Source: Actinomycetota bacterium
GTDB lineage: Bacteria > Actinomycetota > UBA4738 > HRBIN12
Assembly (NCBI GenBank): GCA_036265325.1
Contig: DATAPH010000029.1
Span: 41,347 to 105,346, forward strand
Direction: 5' to 3'
Length of the DNA stretch: 64,000 nucleotides
Shown: piece after piece, positions 1 to 9,246 of the stretch
How the letters are laid out: each line of letters opens with the position of its first letter
Position numbering within the stretch: the stretch's first letter is position 1
The notes under the pieces: generated by a model
Databases searched by the model: none
What the model was told of the DNA's origin: nothing
The model's input: the letters and a program-made list of their open reading frames with translations, nothing else
Position numbers and translations under genes: made by a program

Positions 1-1166
1 CGCTGTCGTCGTCGCTGACGATGGACGGGTGGCCCGATAAGGGCGAGAGCTACGCGGTGACGTCGACGTATGCCGACCCGACGCCCGAGCAGCTCCGGAT
101 CAACGGGGTCGAGCCCGTTGACCGGCTCTACACGGCGCTTCCGCCGGGCACGATCCCCGCGAGCGTCACGCAGATGGCCGAGAAGTGGACGAGGAACGCT
201 CAGAACCCGTACGACCGAGTCATGGCCATCATGCAGCACCTCCGCGGGCCGAGCTTCACCTATAACCCGAACGTCGATCTCCAGGACAACCCGCAGGCGT
301 TGGCGGACTTCCTGCAACAACGGCAAGGGTTCTGCCAGCAGTTCGCGAGCCTGATGGCCGTGATGTTGCGCTCCATCGGGATCCCGGCGCGCATCGGGCT
401 CGGGTTCACGCAGGGGCAACCGGTGACCAACGAGACCGGTACGTACATCGTGCACGGCCACGACTATCACAGCTGGGTCGAGGTCCCGTTCAACGGGTTC
501 GGGTGGCTCACCTTCGACCCCACGCCGAACTTCTACGACCCCTCCACCTCGAGCTACACGACCCTTTCCTCGCCCGAGACGTGCACGGTCGTCAACGGGC
601 ACCAGACGTGCGGGCTCCACGGCGGCCCAGGGTCGAAGGGCGGCCCGACCCCGGCACACCCGATCACGAAGCATGTGAAGGGACAGGTCAACGCCACCCA
701 AGGGACCGCGTCGACGCCGAGGGGGAACGCGGCGCTCGGCGGAGTCACCCTCTCGAACGTCGTCGGGACCGCGGCGGGCATCGTCGTGCTCCTCGCGATC
801 GGGATCCCGCTCCTGCATTGGCTCCGACGGCGCCGGCGGCTCCTCACCGCTCACGATCCGCGCACGCTGGTGCTCGCGACGTACGACGTGTTCACCGACC
901 GCGCACGTGAGCTCGGCGTCGGTCGGGCACCCGGCGAAACGCCCGATGAGTTCCGGCGCAAGCTCGCCGCGACCGACACGCTCAACGGCGCGAACGAACC
1001 GCTCGCAAGGATGACCGCACAGGTGGTCCGCGCCGCCTACGCGGCCGAGGACCCCGATGCCGGCGTCGCAGCGTCGGTCCGGCGCGACGCGGACGAGGTG
1101 CTCCATGCGCTCCGTGCGGCGACGCCGCTGCGTCAGCGTGTGCTTGGCCGATACAGAAGCGACTGA
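1..1166 (+). CDS. Transglutaminase-like (TgpA-type) protein with C-terminal TM helix and DUF4129-like tail; probably 5'-truncated by the window edge
   Basis: The frame of ORF 21..1166 stays open back to base 3. Cys-His-Asp core motifs are present: QGFCQQFASLMAVMLRSIGIPAR, HDYHSWVEV, WLTFDPTP. These are followed by the TM segment VVGTAAGIVVLLAIGIPLL plus RRRRR. Confidence 0.8.
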   Translation, partial: LSSSLTMDGWPDKGESYAVTSTYADPTPEQLRINGVEPVDRLYTALPPGTIPASVTQMAEKWTRNAQNPYDRVMAIMQHLRGPSFTYNPNVDLQDNPQALADFLQQRQGFCQQFASLMAVMLRSIGIPARIGLGFTQGQPVTNETGTYIVHGHDYHSWVEVPFNGFGWLTFDPTPNFYDPSTSSYTTLSSPETCTVVNGHQTCGLHGGPGSKGGPTPAHPITKHVKGQVNATQGTASTPRGNAALGGVTLSNVVGTAAGIVVLLAIGIPLLHWLRRRRRLLTAHDPRTLVLATYDVFTDRARELGVGRAPGETPDEFRRKLAATDTLNGANEPLARMTAQVVRAAYAAEDPDAGVAASVRRDADEVLHALRAATPLRQRVLGRYRSD

Positions 1167-1167
1167 G

Positions 1168-1650
1168 CTAGGAGCCGGTCGCGGTGACCGCCGCGGCCTC
1201 CCGCAGCGCTCGCACGAACTTGTCCCGGTCTTCCTGGAACGTCCGAACGTTCGAATCGACGCCGGTCGCGATGTCGTCGATCGCGACGAAGAACGCCATC
1301 TGCCCTTCCTTCAAGGCGTCCATCACCTCGCCGTCGCGCCGGCAGATCTTGAAGATGCTCTGACCATCGGTCACGAGCTGCACCTCGGACAGGTGTTTGT
1401 CCAGGGCGGCTCGCTTGTTCAGGAACGCCCAGGATCGCCGAACACGTTGCAGCGACATGCCACCGTCGAGCAACGACTTCACGACGCGGAGCGCGACGAG
1501 ATCACGGAACGAGTAGAGACGTGGGACGCCGGGCCTGCCGCCGGTGCTCTGCACCGACGGCGAAACCAGTCCGATCTGGTCCCAATAGCGGAGCTGCCGG
1601 GGAGAACACGCCGTGAACTTGCTTGCTTGATGAGCGGTGAACCCCTCCAT
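1168..1650 (-). CDS. MerR-family transcriptional regulator
   Basis: N-terminal MerR-type HTH: FTAHQASKFTACSPRQLRYWDQIGLV...RLYSFRDLVALRVVKSLL. Confidence 0.85.
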   Translation of the reverse strand: MEGFTAHQASKFTACSPRQLRYWDQIGLVSPSVQSTGGRPGVPRLYSFRDLVALRVVKSLLDGGMSLQRVRRSWAFLNKRAALDKHLSEVQLVTDGQSIFKICRRDGEVMDALKEGQMAFFVAIDDIATGVDSNVRTFQEDRDKFVRALREAAAVTATGS

Positions 1651-1857
1651 GCGGACGCCCGTCCTCCGTTCCGTTCGACCTCACTCCACGCGCTGCGGGC
1701 GCCGCCTGGCCTCGGAGAGGAAGAGCATCATCCGTTCGCTGCGGTCACGCGCCCCCGGGGAAGGGGAGTGCTCGTTGTACACCTCGCGTTCGCGTGGTGG
1801 CAAGCGTCGAGCTAGCGGGGTGTCTGCGCGTCGCGCTTCATGCGCGCACGCGGTGCG

Positions 1858-2208
1858 TCACGGTCGCCGGAAGCGCGCGACGATCCGGCCGAGCAGGCCC
1901 GATACGGTGAAACCCTCGTCTTGCATCAGCCGGAGCTGATCGCGGCCGAGCTGCCCGACGTAGCGATACAGCAGCACGGCGGACAGGACCGTCACGACGA
2001 AGCCGATCGCCGCCACGACCACGGACCAGACGAACAGCATGATCATGACGAGACCGACGCAGAACGCGATCGAGGCGAGGCGGATGCGCCGCGCCAGATG
2101 CGTGTAGAGATCGGTGCGCCCCACCTGTTCCACGAACGCGGGATCGTCTTCGGCAAGGCGCCGTTCGATCTCCTCGAGGATGCGCTGTTCGTGATCGCTA
2201 AGTGGCAT
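1858..2208 (-). CDS. DUF3040-type small membrane protein
   Basis: MPLSDHEQRILEEIERRLAEDDPAF followed by two hydrophobic helices. This is the typical actinobacterial DUF3040 layout. Confidence 0.8.
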   Translation of the reverse strand: MPLSDHEQRILEEIERRLAEDDPAFVEQVGRTDLYTHLARRIRLASIAFCVGLVMIMLFVWSVVVAAIGFVVTVLSAVLLYRYVGQLGRDQLRLMQDEGFTVSGLLGRIVARFRRP

Positions 2209-2238
2209 CGATCCCTCCGGCCGCCGGGGACACGACCT

Positions 2239-3495
2239 TCATCGTCGATTATAGGAAGGTGCTGCAGTAGGCGGGACGGGTTCTTGTGAACGGCTTGGTT
2301 TCGGCTCGGGTTGCTGCACCCGCTCGTGCCGCCTGTCCAAAAGGGTCGCTTGCGTCGCAGCTCCTTTGCCGAAGCGGTGCTCGATCCGATCGAGCGTCCG
2401 CTCGACGTCGCCCCACCGCTCGCCGCGCAGCAACGCGAGTTGCTCGGCGCCTGCGGGCTGCAATCCGGAGGCCTGGACGCCCAGGAGGCGCACCCGGCGG
2501 GCGCCGCCAGGCAGCGCCTGGTACAGCTCGGCGACCACGTGATACAGGTCCGCGCCGACCTCGGTCGCCTCGGGCAGTGTGCGCGCCCGGCTGAGGGTGG
2601 TGAAGTTGGCCAGCCGCACCTTCAGCGTGATGGTCCGGGCGCGAAACCCATCGTCACGCAGGCGCGCCGCCACCCGGCCCGAGAGATGGAGGAGCTCCCG
2701 CAAGATCTCGTCGGTGTCGTCGAGGTCACGCTCGAACGTCTCCTCGTGGCCGACCGATTTGGGTGCCTCGTACGGGATCACAGCGCGGTCGTCGACACCG
2801 TGCGCCAGCTCCGTGAGGTGTTGGGCCGCCGCCTCGCCGAGGAGCCGCTCGAGGACCGCTCGCGGCGTCTGCGCCAGATCGCCGACCGTCCGGATCGCGA
2901 GCCGCGACAACAGGTCTGTGGTCTTCTCTCCCACTCCCCACAGGCGCCCGACGGGCAACGGCTCCAGGAACGCGCGCGTCTGCTCCGCAGGCACGTGCAG
3001 GATCCCGTTCGGCTTGCAGTGGTCGGATGCGAGCTTGGCGACGAACTTCGTCGCCGCGACGCCGGCCGAGCACGTCACGCCGACCTCGCGTTCGACGTCG
3101 GCCCGGATCTTCGCCGCGATCCGAACAGGTTCGCCGAACAACCGGGTCGCGCCGGCAACGTCGAGGAACGCCTCGTCCAGCGAGATCGGCTCAACGAGCG
3201 GCGTGTGGGCGAGCAAGATCTCGCGGAACCGGTTGGAATGCAGGCGGTAAGCGTCGAAGTCCGGCGGGAGGAACGCCGCGTCGGGACACAGCCGCCGTGC
3301 GCGAACCGTCGGCATCGCACTGTGGACGCCGGACCGCCGGGCCTCGTACGACGCGCTCGACACCACGCCGCGCGCAGCGGTGCCGCCGACGACGACCGGC
3401 TTGCCGCGGAGCGACGGGTCCTTCAGGACCTCCACGCCGGCGTAGAACGCGTCGAGGTCGACATGCAGGATCGGCTCCGGCGGGCGGGCGGGCAT
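2239..3495 (-). CDS. dinB: Y-family DNA polymerase IV (DinB-like, catalytic residues intact)
   Basis: LHVDLDAFYAGVEVL and SLDEAFLDV acidic catalytic motifs; 418 aa. The gene starts 13 nt after the dnaE2 stop on the same strand. Confidence 0.9.
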   Translation of the reverse strand: MPARPPEPILHVDLDAFYAGVEVLKDPSLRGKPVVVGGTAARGVVSSASYEARRSGVHSAMPTVRARRLCPDAAFLPPDFDAYRLHSNRFREILLAHTPLVEPISLDEAFLDVAGATRLFGEPVRIAAKIRADVEREVGVTCSAGVAATKFVAKLASDHCKPNGILHVPAEQTRAFLEPLPVGRLWGVGEKTTDLLSRLAIRTVGDLAQTPRAVLERLLGEAAAQHLTELAHGVDDRAVIPYEAPKSVGHEETFERDLDDTDEILRELLHLSGRVAARLRDDGFRARTITLKVRLANFTTLSRARTLPEATEVGADLYHVVAELYQALPGGARRVRLLGVQASGLQPAGAEQLALLRGERWGDVERTLDRIEHRFGKGAATQATLLDRRHERVQQPEPKPSRSQEPVPPTAAPSYNRR

Positions 3496-3507
3496 CGCAC
3501 GTCCACC

Positions 3508-6500
3508 CTAGCCTGCCGAGCCCGGACTCGCGTGCCACAGGTGCTTGCCCGCGTGCGGCGCGACCGGCTGCGTCGCGACCGCCATCGCCTCACGCAGGTG
3601 CCCCTCGCCCCGCGCGTGATGCAACGCGACCAAGTCCCAGACGTCCTCCGCGATCACTGTCACACCTTGCTTGCCCGTGCGGCGTAGCTCGCCCCAGACC
3701 GCCATCGCCGTCGCGTGGAACACCGTGCGCGCGGTCTTGTCCTGGACCGACGGGAACACCGTGACCTCGATCGGGCCGGTGGCGTCGTCCAGCGACACGA
3801 AGATGATCCGCTGGCCGCTTCGCACGGCCGGCGTCTGCGACGCGATCTTCACGCCCGCGACCATCACCCAGGTGCCCTGGCGTTCGCGATGCAGGTCTTT
3901 GGCCCGCGTGACCCCCAGGTCTCGCAACAGCGGTTCGGAGAAGCTCACGAGATGGCGGGTCGCGTCCATCCCGAACACCTCGAGCTCGGCGCGCACGATC
4001 TCTACGTCGGTGTAGTCCGGGAACGAGTGGTGCGGCGCCACGGTGTCGGCGAGCGCGAGCTGATCGCCCTCCCGAGCAGCCTCGGCGGTGATCGCCTCGT
4101 ACAGATGCGCGCGACGGCCACCCGGCAGCGTTTCGAACGCACCGGCGTGCGCGAGCGCCTCGACCACCGGCCGCGACAGCGTGGTACGCCGCAGGATGTC
4201 ACCGACGTCGCGGAAGGCGTGGTCGGCCCGAGCCCGGAGGATCGATCGGATGTCGGCATCCGACATGCCGTGGACGTCCTGCAGGCCGATCCGGATGCCG
4301 ACCACACCGTCGCCGGCTTCCTCGGCAACGTATTCGGGCTCGCTGCGATGGATGTCGAGCGGGAGGATCGGCACCCCGGCGCGACGGACGTCGTCGAGCA
4401 GCGCACGGCGTGGATACATCCCGGGGTCGTGGGTCAAGATCCCGGCGAAGAACTGCGCGCGGTAGTGGGTCTTCAGCCATGACGACCGGTAGGTCGGGAC
4501 CGCGAAGGCGGCCGCGTGCGCCTTGCAGAACCCGAAGCTCGCGAACTGGGCGACGTCGTCCCAGGTCTGCTCGGCGGCAGCCCGGTCGACGCCTCGTGTC
4601 GCGGCCTTCGCGAGGAAATCGGCGCGGAGCTCGGGCAGGAGCGCTTCGTCGTCGAGATGCCGGCGGACGTGGTCGGCGTGCGTCAGCGTGTAGCCAGCGA
4701 TCGCGGCGAGCGTCCGGATCACCTGCTCGTGATAGACGATCACGCCGTGGGTCTCCTGCAGCGCCGGACGGAGATCGGGATGCGCGTACGTCGGCTCCTC
4801 GAAGCCGTTGCGTCGATGGATGTAGGGCCGGATCATGTCTGACTTGACCGGGCCCGGCCGGAACAGCGAGATGTCGACGATCAGATCCTCGAACCGCGCC
4901 GGCAGGAGCCGCTGGAGCAGCTCACGTTGGCCGGGTGACTCGATCTGGAAGCACCCGAGCGTGTCCGAGGCCCGGATCAGCTCGAAGGTCGGCTCGTCGT
5001 CGAGCGGGATCCGCTCCAGATCGACCTTCTCGCCGGTGGTGCGCGCGATCTCGTCGATCGCATGACGCATCGACGAGAGCATCCGCACGCCGAGGATGTC
5101 GAGCTTCAGGTAGCCGAGCAGCTCGACGTCGTCCTTGTCGGCCTGGATCATCCTGTGTCCGTTGGCGCTTCGCTCGAGCGGCACGCGCTCGACCAGGTCG
5201 TGGCTCGCGAGCACGATCCCGCACGGGTGCAGCGCTATGTGCCGGGGGAACCCGTCGAGCCGCTCGGCAACGCGGAACAACAGGTCGAGCTGGCGCATCG
5301 GCAGGTTCAAGCCTTGGAGTTCCGGCAGCTGCTCGAGGCCGTCCCGAAGATGTCGTGCCGAGATATGCGGGAACGCCTTCGCGACGACGCCGACCTCGAC
5401 CTCGGGAAGGCCGAGCGCCTTGCCGACCTCACGCACCGCAGAGCGTGCACGATAGGTGTCGATCATCGCGACGCACGCGGCGCGCTCGTGCCCGTGGCGC
5501 GTGAGGATCATGTCGTAGACGTCCTCCCGGCGCGCCGATTCGACGTCGATGTCGACATCTGGCAGCTCGTCGCGCATCGGGTTCATGAACCGCTCGAACG
5601 ACAGGTCGTGCCGGAGCGCGTCGACGTCGGAGATCCCGGTGAGGTAGCACACGAGCGAGCCGGCGGCGCTCCCCCGGCACGCTGCGAAGATGCCCATCGC
5701 CTTGATGTCGGCGACGATGTCGGCGACCGTCAGGAAGTACGCCGCGTACCCCATCTGACGGATCATCGAAAGCTCGAGATGCATACGCTGGCGCAGCGTC
5801 TCGTCGTCTCGCATCCCGCGCTCGTGCACACCGCGCCAGCTCCGTTCGGCCAGCAACGCATCGGGGCTTCGTCCCACCGGCGTCGGGAAGTCCGGGAAGT
5901 GGATCCGCTTCAGACCGAGATCGAACGTGCACCGCTCGGCGAGCTCGAGCGTCCGGTCGCAGAGGTCGGGGCGCTCGGCGAACAAGCTGCGCATCCGGTC
6001 CGGTGGCTTCAGCCATCCTTCGGCGTTGGTGCGGGTGACGTTGGTCGACGCGATCGGCACGATCCGGCGCATGCACTCCAATGCGTCGGCGACGAACGCG
6101 TCGGCGGGATCGAGGTATCGCACGGGGTTGGTCGCGACCGCCGTCGCGTCGAGCCGTTCGGCGAACCGCAGCAGGTCGCGGATCTCACGCGGCGAGCGCG
6201 CCTCGACGCGGTGCTCGACCCCGACGACGCACCGGTCGGGACCGAACGCCTCGCGGTAATCGGCGGCGAGCGCCGCTGCAGCGTCGATCCGACCGGCAGC
6301 CGCGAGCCGCCCCGGATGCGACCTCGGCCCGAGCACGACGGTCAGGCCCGCCGCGTGCGCGCAGATCTGCTCGGTCGCAACCCAGGGGTCGCCACGCTCA
6401 CCGAGGAGATGCGCGTCGGTCAGCAACCGGCAGAGGTTCGCGTAGCCGGTGTCGTCGTTGGCAAGAAGGACGACCGATGCGTCGCCGGGTGGTGGCGTCT

Positions 6501-6720
6501 CGGCGCGCACGGTGAGCGAGGCGCCGAGGATCGGCTGCACGCCTGCAGCAGCACACGCCAGGACGAACCGGGCGGCGCCATACAACCCGTCGCGGTCGGT
6601 CAACGCGACCGCCGGCATCCCAAGCTCGGCGGCCCGCGCGACCAGCTGCTCGGGCGTGAACGCGCCGTCCTTCAAAGAGAAGCACGAGCGCACATCGAGA
6701 TGGACGAAAGGAATGTCCAT
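3508..6720 (-). CDS. dnaE2: Error-prone DNA polymerase III alpha paralog (DnaE2)
   Basis: 1070 aa with an N-terminal PHP domain (FVHLDVRSCFSLKDGAFTPEQL) and a pol III alpha core. The size and the LexA-box operon context fit DnaE2 rather than replicative DnaE1. Confidence 0.9.
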   Translation of the reverse strand: MDIPFVHLDVRSCFSLKDGAFTPEQLVARAAELGMPAVALTDRDGLYGAARFVLACAAAGVQPILGASLTVRAETPPPGDASVVLLANDDTGYANLCRLLTDAHLLGERGDPWVATEQICAHAAGLTVVLGPRSHPGRLAAAGRIDAAAALAADYREAFGPDRCVVGVEHRVEARSPREIRDLLRFAERLDATAVATNPVRYLDPADAFVADALECMRRIVPIASTNVTRTNAEGWLKPPDRMRSLFAERPDLCDRTLELAERCTFDLGLKRIHFPDFPTPVGRSPDALLAERSWRGVHERGMRDDETLRQRMHLELSMIRQMGYAAYFLTVADIVADIKAMGIFAACRGSAAGSLVCYLTGISDVDALRHDLSFERFMNPMRDELPDVDIDVESARREDVYDMILTRHGHERAACVAMIDTYRARSAVREVGKALGLPEVEVGVVAKAFPHISARHLRDGLEQLPELQGLNLPMRQLDLLFRVAERLDGFPRHIALHPCGIVLASHDLVERVPLERSANGHRMIQADKDDVELLGYLKLDILGVRMLSSMRHAIDEIARTTGEKVDLERIPLDDEPTFELIRASDTLGCFQIESPGQRELLQRLLPARFEDLIVDISLFRPGPVKSDMIRPYIHRRNGFEEPTYAHPDLRPALQETHGVIVYHEQVIRTLAAIAGYTLTHADHVRRHLDDEALLPELRADFLAKAATRGVDRAAAEQTWDDVAQFASFGFCKAHAAAFAVPTYRSSWLKTHYRAQFFAGILTHDPGMYPRRALLDDVRRAGVPILPLDIHRSEPEYVAEEAGDGVVGIRIGLQDVHGMSDADIRSILRARADHAFRDVGDILRRTTLSRPVVEALAHAGAFETLPGGRRAHLYEAITAEAAREGDQLALADTVAPHHSFPDYTDVEIVRAELEVFGMDATRHLVSFSEPLLRDLGVTRAKDLHRERQGTWVMVAGVKIASQTPAVRSGQRIIFVSLDDATGPIEVTVFPSVQDKTARTVFHATAMAVWGELRRTGKQGVTVIAEDVWDLVALHHARGEGHLREAMAVATQPVAPHAGKHLWHASPGSAG

Positions 6721-6735
6721 CCGGTGCCTATGGGA

Positions 6736-7107
6736 TCAGCGATCGGTGAAGGGAGCGTCGACCGAGGCGACCGGATCGCCCCGGCTCGCGGCGATCGTCA
6801 TCAAGATCGCTGCGGGTAGGAAGAAGATCCCGATCGTGAGCAGCGCTACCACGCAGAAGAGCCAGAGCAACACGGTTGCGACTACCCGCGTGACCGGGCG
6901 GTTGATCAGCACCGGGATCAGCGCAAGCACCACCGGAACAGACACCACGACGAAGATCCACGGCCCGTTGACGGCCAACGCTGAGGCGCCGTGACATGCC
7001 GCGTGTCCGCTCGTGCATGATGAGTAGGTCGGCGCGAACACCACGACGAGGGCGGCGACCACCGCCGCCCCAAGCGCGAGACGCGCGAACGTCCTGGAGG
7101 CAGACAT
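6736..7107 (-). CDS. Hypothetical 4-TM membrane protein between the SOS box and dnaE2
   Basis: 123 aa with four hydrophobic helices. It ends 15 nt before the dnaE2 start. The overlapping 192-aa ORF in another frame is Arg-rich shadow. Confidence 0.55.
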   Translation of the reverse strand: MSASRTFARLALGAAVVAALVVVFAPTYSSCTSGHAACHGASALAVNGPWIFVVVSVPVVLALIPVLINRPVTRVVATVLLWLFCVVALLTIGIFFLPAAILMTIAASRGDPVASVDAPFTDR

Positions 7108-7167
7108 CGACCGCAGCGTACGTCCGGGAGGTCGGCGTTCCGATCGTGCGTCGCCGGCGACGATCCG

Positions 7168-7413
7168 TCAGTCCCACAGCCGTTCCATGTGCCAGCGGTC
7201 TCGCTGGCGATCGAAATAGAGGTCCCATACCGCGCCGCCTCGTGCCTCGACCCGCCAGTACTCGCGATCGCGCCCGTCGGACCACCACTGCCCCTCTATC
7301 CGCCACTTGCCGATCACATCGGCGACCTCATAGCGGCGCCCGCGCCACTCGAACGCCGCCGGCATCCCGGCGTCGCGTTCGACGAGGACCTCTTCGTCGA
7401 AGCGCTTGGTCAT
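7168..7413 (-). CDS. Small Trp-rich conserved hypothetical protein, first gene of the SOS-box operon (start moved from 7512 to ATG 7413)
   Basis: MTKRFDEEVLVER...FEWRGRRYEVADVIGKWRIEGQWWSDGRDREYWRVEA..WDLYFD. The ORF-track start at 7512 would place the LexA operator and a promoter-like pair inside the coding sequence. Confidence 0.6.
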   Translation of the reverse strand: MTKRFDEEVLVERDAGMPAAFEWRGRRYEVADVIGKWRIEGQWWSDGRDREYWRVEARGGAVWDLYFDRQRDRWHMERLWD

Positions 7414-7461
7414 CTGGTTCCCCGGCCAGTCGTTGGTTCCTGTTACCCGTCCTCCTGTGAA

Positions 7462-7477
7462 TCGAACATATGTTCGA
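7462..7477 (-). promoter_or_regulatory. LexA operator (SOS box) TCGAACATATGTTCGA
   Basis: Perfect 16-bp palindrome matching the actinobacterial consensus TCGAAC-N4-GTTCGA. It lies about 50 nt upstream of ATG 7413, heading the dnaE2/dinB string. Confidence 0.85.
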
Positions 7478-7489
7478 GGAGGGAGAACG

Positions 7490-7519
7490 ACGCTACTCCC
7501 CTCGTCTGACATCCGTCAA
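7490..7519 (-). promoter_or_regulatory. Putative sigma-A-type promoter (-35 TTGACG, 18-nt spacer, -10 TAGCGT) just upstream of the SOS box
   Basis: Read on the minus strand: TTGACG at 7519-7514 and TAGCGT at 7495-7490. The operator begins 12 nt after the -10 element. Confidence 0.4.
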
Positions 7520-7569
7520 GAGAGACTGGCGCCGTCATCGAACCGCAACGCGCCCGCACCGAGGGGCGC

Positions 7570-8244
7570 ATGTCGCGACGGTACGCTCGGGACATGGGGG
7601 GAACGAACGGCACCGGCGTCGACGAGACACCCGCGCCGTTCGAGCCTGGCGCTACCGTCGCGATCCGTGAGCTCTGGGACGGACGCGTCTGGTACGCACG
7701 ACCCGCGACCGTTGTTCGAGACGAGCCGAATCTCACGATGCTTCTCGTCCCGCCACAAGTGATGGCCAAAGAACCGGTGGGCACAGACGGCGCAGCCCTT
7801 CGTATCCCGACCGCGGCATGGACGCTTCGAGACGTGGAGCGCGCCGACAACTGGAATCTCTCGTTCGCGTTCCCCGACACGCCATATGCCGTCATCCTGG
7901 GGTACGGAACCGCCGGGGACCTGCGCGAGTACTACGTGAACCTGCAATCCCCGCTCGCGCGGACGACGACCGGGTTCGACCTGGTCGAACACATTCTCGA
8001 CGTCACGATCCCGCCCGACCGCTCGACCTGGGCGTGGAAGGACGAGGACGAGCTCGCCGAAGCGATCGACGGCGGGTTGTTCACGGAGGAAGACGCCGCC
8101 TGGTTCCACCACTGGGGCGAGCGCGCCGTGGAGCACATCCTGTTGCGCGAGCCGCCGTTCGACGAGGACTGGTCGTCGTGGCGCCCGGATCCCGCATGGC
8201 CGCCGCCGGAGCTCCCCACCGGCTGGGATCTCGTCTCGGCGTAG
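7570..8244 (+). CDS. DUF402-domain protein (FomD/Ntdp-like nucleoside di/triphosphatase family)
   Basis: REYYVNLQSP...FDLVEHILDV core typical of DUF402. Divergent from the SOS promoter. Confidence 0.65.
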   Translation: MSRRYARDMGGTNGTGVDETPAPFEPGATVAIRELWDGRVWYARPATVVRDEPNLTMLLVPPQVMAKEPVGTDGAALRIPTAAWTLRDVERADNWNLSFAFPDTPYAVILGYGTAGDLREYYVNLQSPLARTTTGFDLVEHILDVTIPPDRSTWAWKDEDELAEAIDGGLFTEEDAAWFHHWGERAVEHILLREPPFDEDWSSWRPDPAWPPPELPTGWDLVSA

Positions 8245-8324
8245 GAACCGCAGGCCTCCCACACGCTTCGGCGGTCCGGCGTACTATCCGGCCGTTCCCC
8301 GAGATCCCTGAGGAGGGCTGGGTT

Positions 8325-9191
8325 ATGTCCGGGTTCGACGACGGCGGGATGGCGCCCCCGCCACCACCACCCCCAAGCGCCGGCGGCGGCGGTGCAATCC
8401 CCCAGCGAGGCTTGGGCGACATCCTGACCGCCGCCTTCGAGCTCTACCGCGCGAACGCCGCGAAGCTGATCCAGATCGTCGCGATCGTCGTGATCCCGCT
8501 GACGTTCGTGTCGGCCTTACTGACGAAAGTCATCTTCAAGCCGACGTGCACGAGCGCAGATCTCCAGGGCGTCACATCGGTGCAGGAGGTCGTGAACAAG
8601 TGCACCGGCGGGTTCGTCCGGGGCGCGCTCCTGTCGGCGATCGGGTTCTTCATCGCCGTCGCGATCCAGCAACTCTTGGCGGGCGCGGTTACGCGAGGCG
8701 GCGCGGCGGCGACGCTCGGCCGCGAGGTCGACGTCAAGGCCAGCTACGGCTACGCGTTCTCGCGGATCTGGGGGTTGATCGGTCTTGCCCTGTTGATCGG
8801 GCTCGTCGTCGGCGTCGGGTTCATCCTGTTCATCATCCCGGGCATCATCTTCCTGGTGTTCCTGTCGGTGTCCGTCGCAGCCTTCATCATCGAGCGACTC
8901 GGCGCGGTCGATTCGATGAAACGCTCGTGGCGACTGGTGAGCGGCAACTGGTGGCACACCTTCGGCGTGATCATCGTTGCGGCGATCTTGGCCGGCATCG
9001 TGAACGGGATCTTGACGGCGATCGGCGGAAACTCGTTCATCGGCTCATGGATCTTCTCGAGCATCGCGCAGATCATCACGGCGCCGTACGTCGCGCTGGT
9101 CTATGTCCTGCTGTACATCGACCTGCGTGCGCGCCACGAGGGTCTGTCGTCGGCACAGCTCGGCACGGAGCTCGACGCCGCGCAAGCCTGA
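8325..9191 (+). CDS. Multi-pass membrane protein with Pro/Gly-rich N-terminus
   Basis: Start moved to ATG 8325, which is preceded by GAGGAGGG. MSGFDDGGMAPPPPPPPSAGGGG is followed by 5-6 hydrophobic helices. The upstream part of ORF 7818.. overlaps the DUF402 gene. Confidence 0.75.
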   Translation: MSGFDDGGMAPPPPPPPSAGGGGAIPQRGLGDILTAAFELYRANAAKLIQIVAIVVIPLTFVSALLTKVIFKPTCTSADLQGVTSVQEVVNKCTGGFVRGALLSAIGFFIAVAIQQLLAGAVTRGGAAATLGREVDVKASYGYAFSRIWGLIGLALLIGLVVGVGFILFIIPGIIFLVFLSVSVAAFIIERLGAVDSMKRSWRLVSGNWWHTFGVIIVAAILAGIVNGILTAIGGNSFIGSWIFSSIAQIITAPYVALVYVLLYIDLRARHEGLSSAQLGTELDAAQA

Positions 9192-9207
9192 CGTCTTGGC
9201 CGTCTCC

Positions 9208-9236
9208 GAAGGGCGCCCCATGCCGGGGCGCCCTTC
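9208..9236 (+). terminator. Perfect 12-bp GC hairpin (intrinsic-terminator-like, no U tract)
   Basis: GAAGGGCGCCCC-atgcc-GGGGCGCCCTTC, located 17 nt after the stop at 9191. Confidence 0.55.
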
Positions 9237-9246
9237 ACGTTCGTCG

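Noticed and set aside
1244-1253. Palindrome CGAACGTTCG, considered as a LexA half-site pair
   Set aside because: GAAC and GTTC are adjacent (N0, not N4), and the palindrome lies inside the MerR coding region.
6728-7306. 192-aa ORF overlapping both the 4-TM ORF and the Trp-rich ORF
   Set aside because: It is in a different frame, with Arg-rich low-complexity translation. It spans the gap between two better-supported ORFs and so would be incompatible with both.
7414-7512. The 33-codon N-terminal extension of ORF 7168..7512
   Set aside because: It would contain both the LexA operator (7462-7477) and a -35/-10-like pair. An internal ATG at 7413 gives a product starting just before the conserved Trp-rich core.
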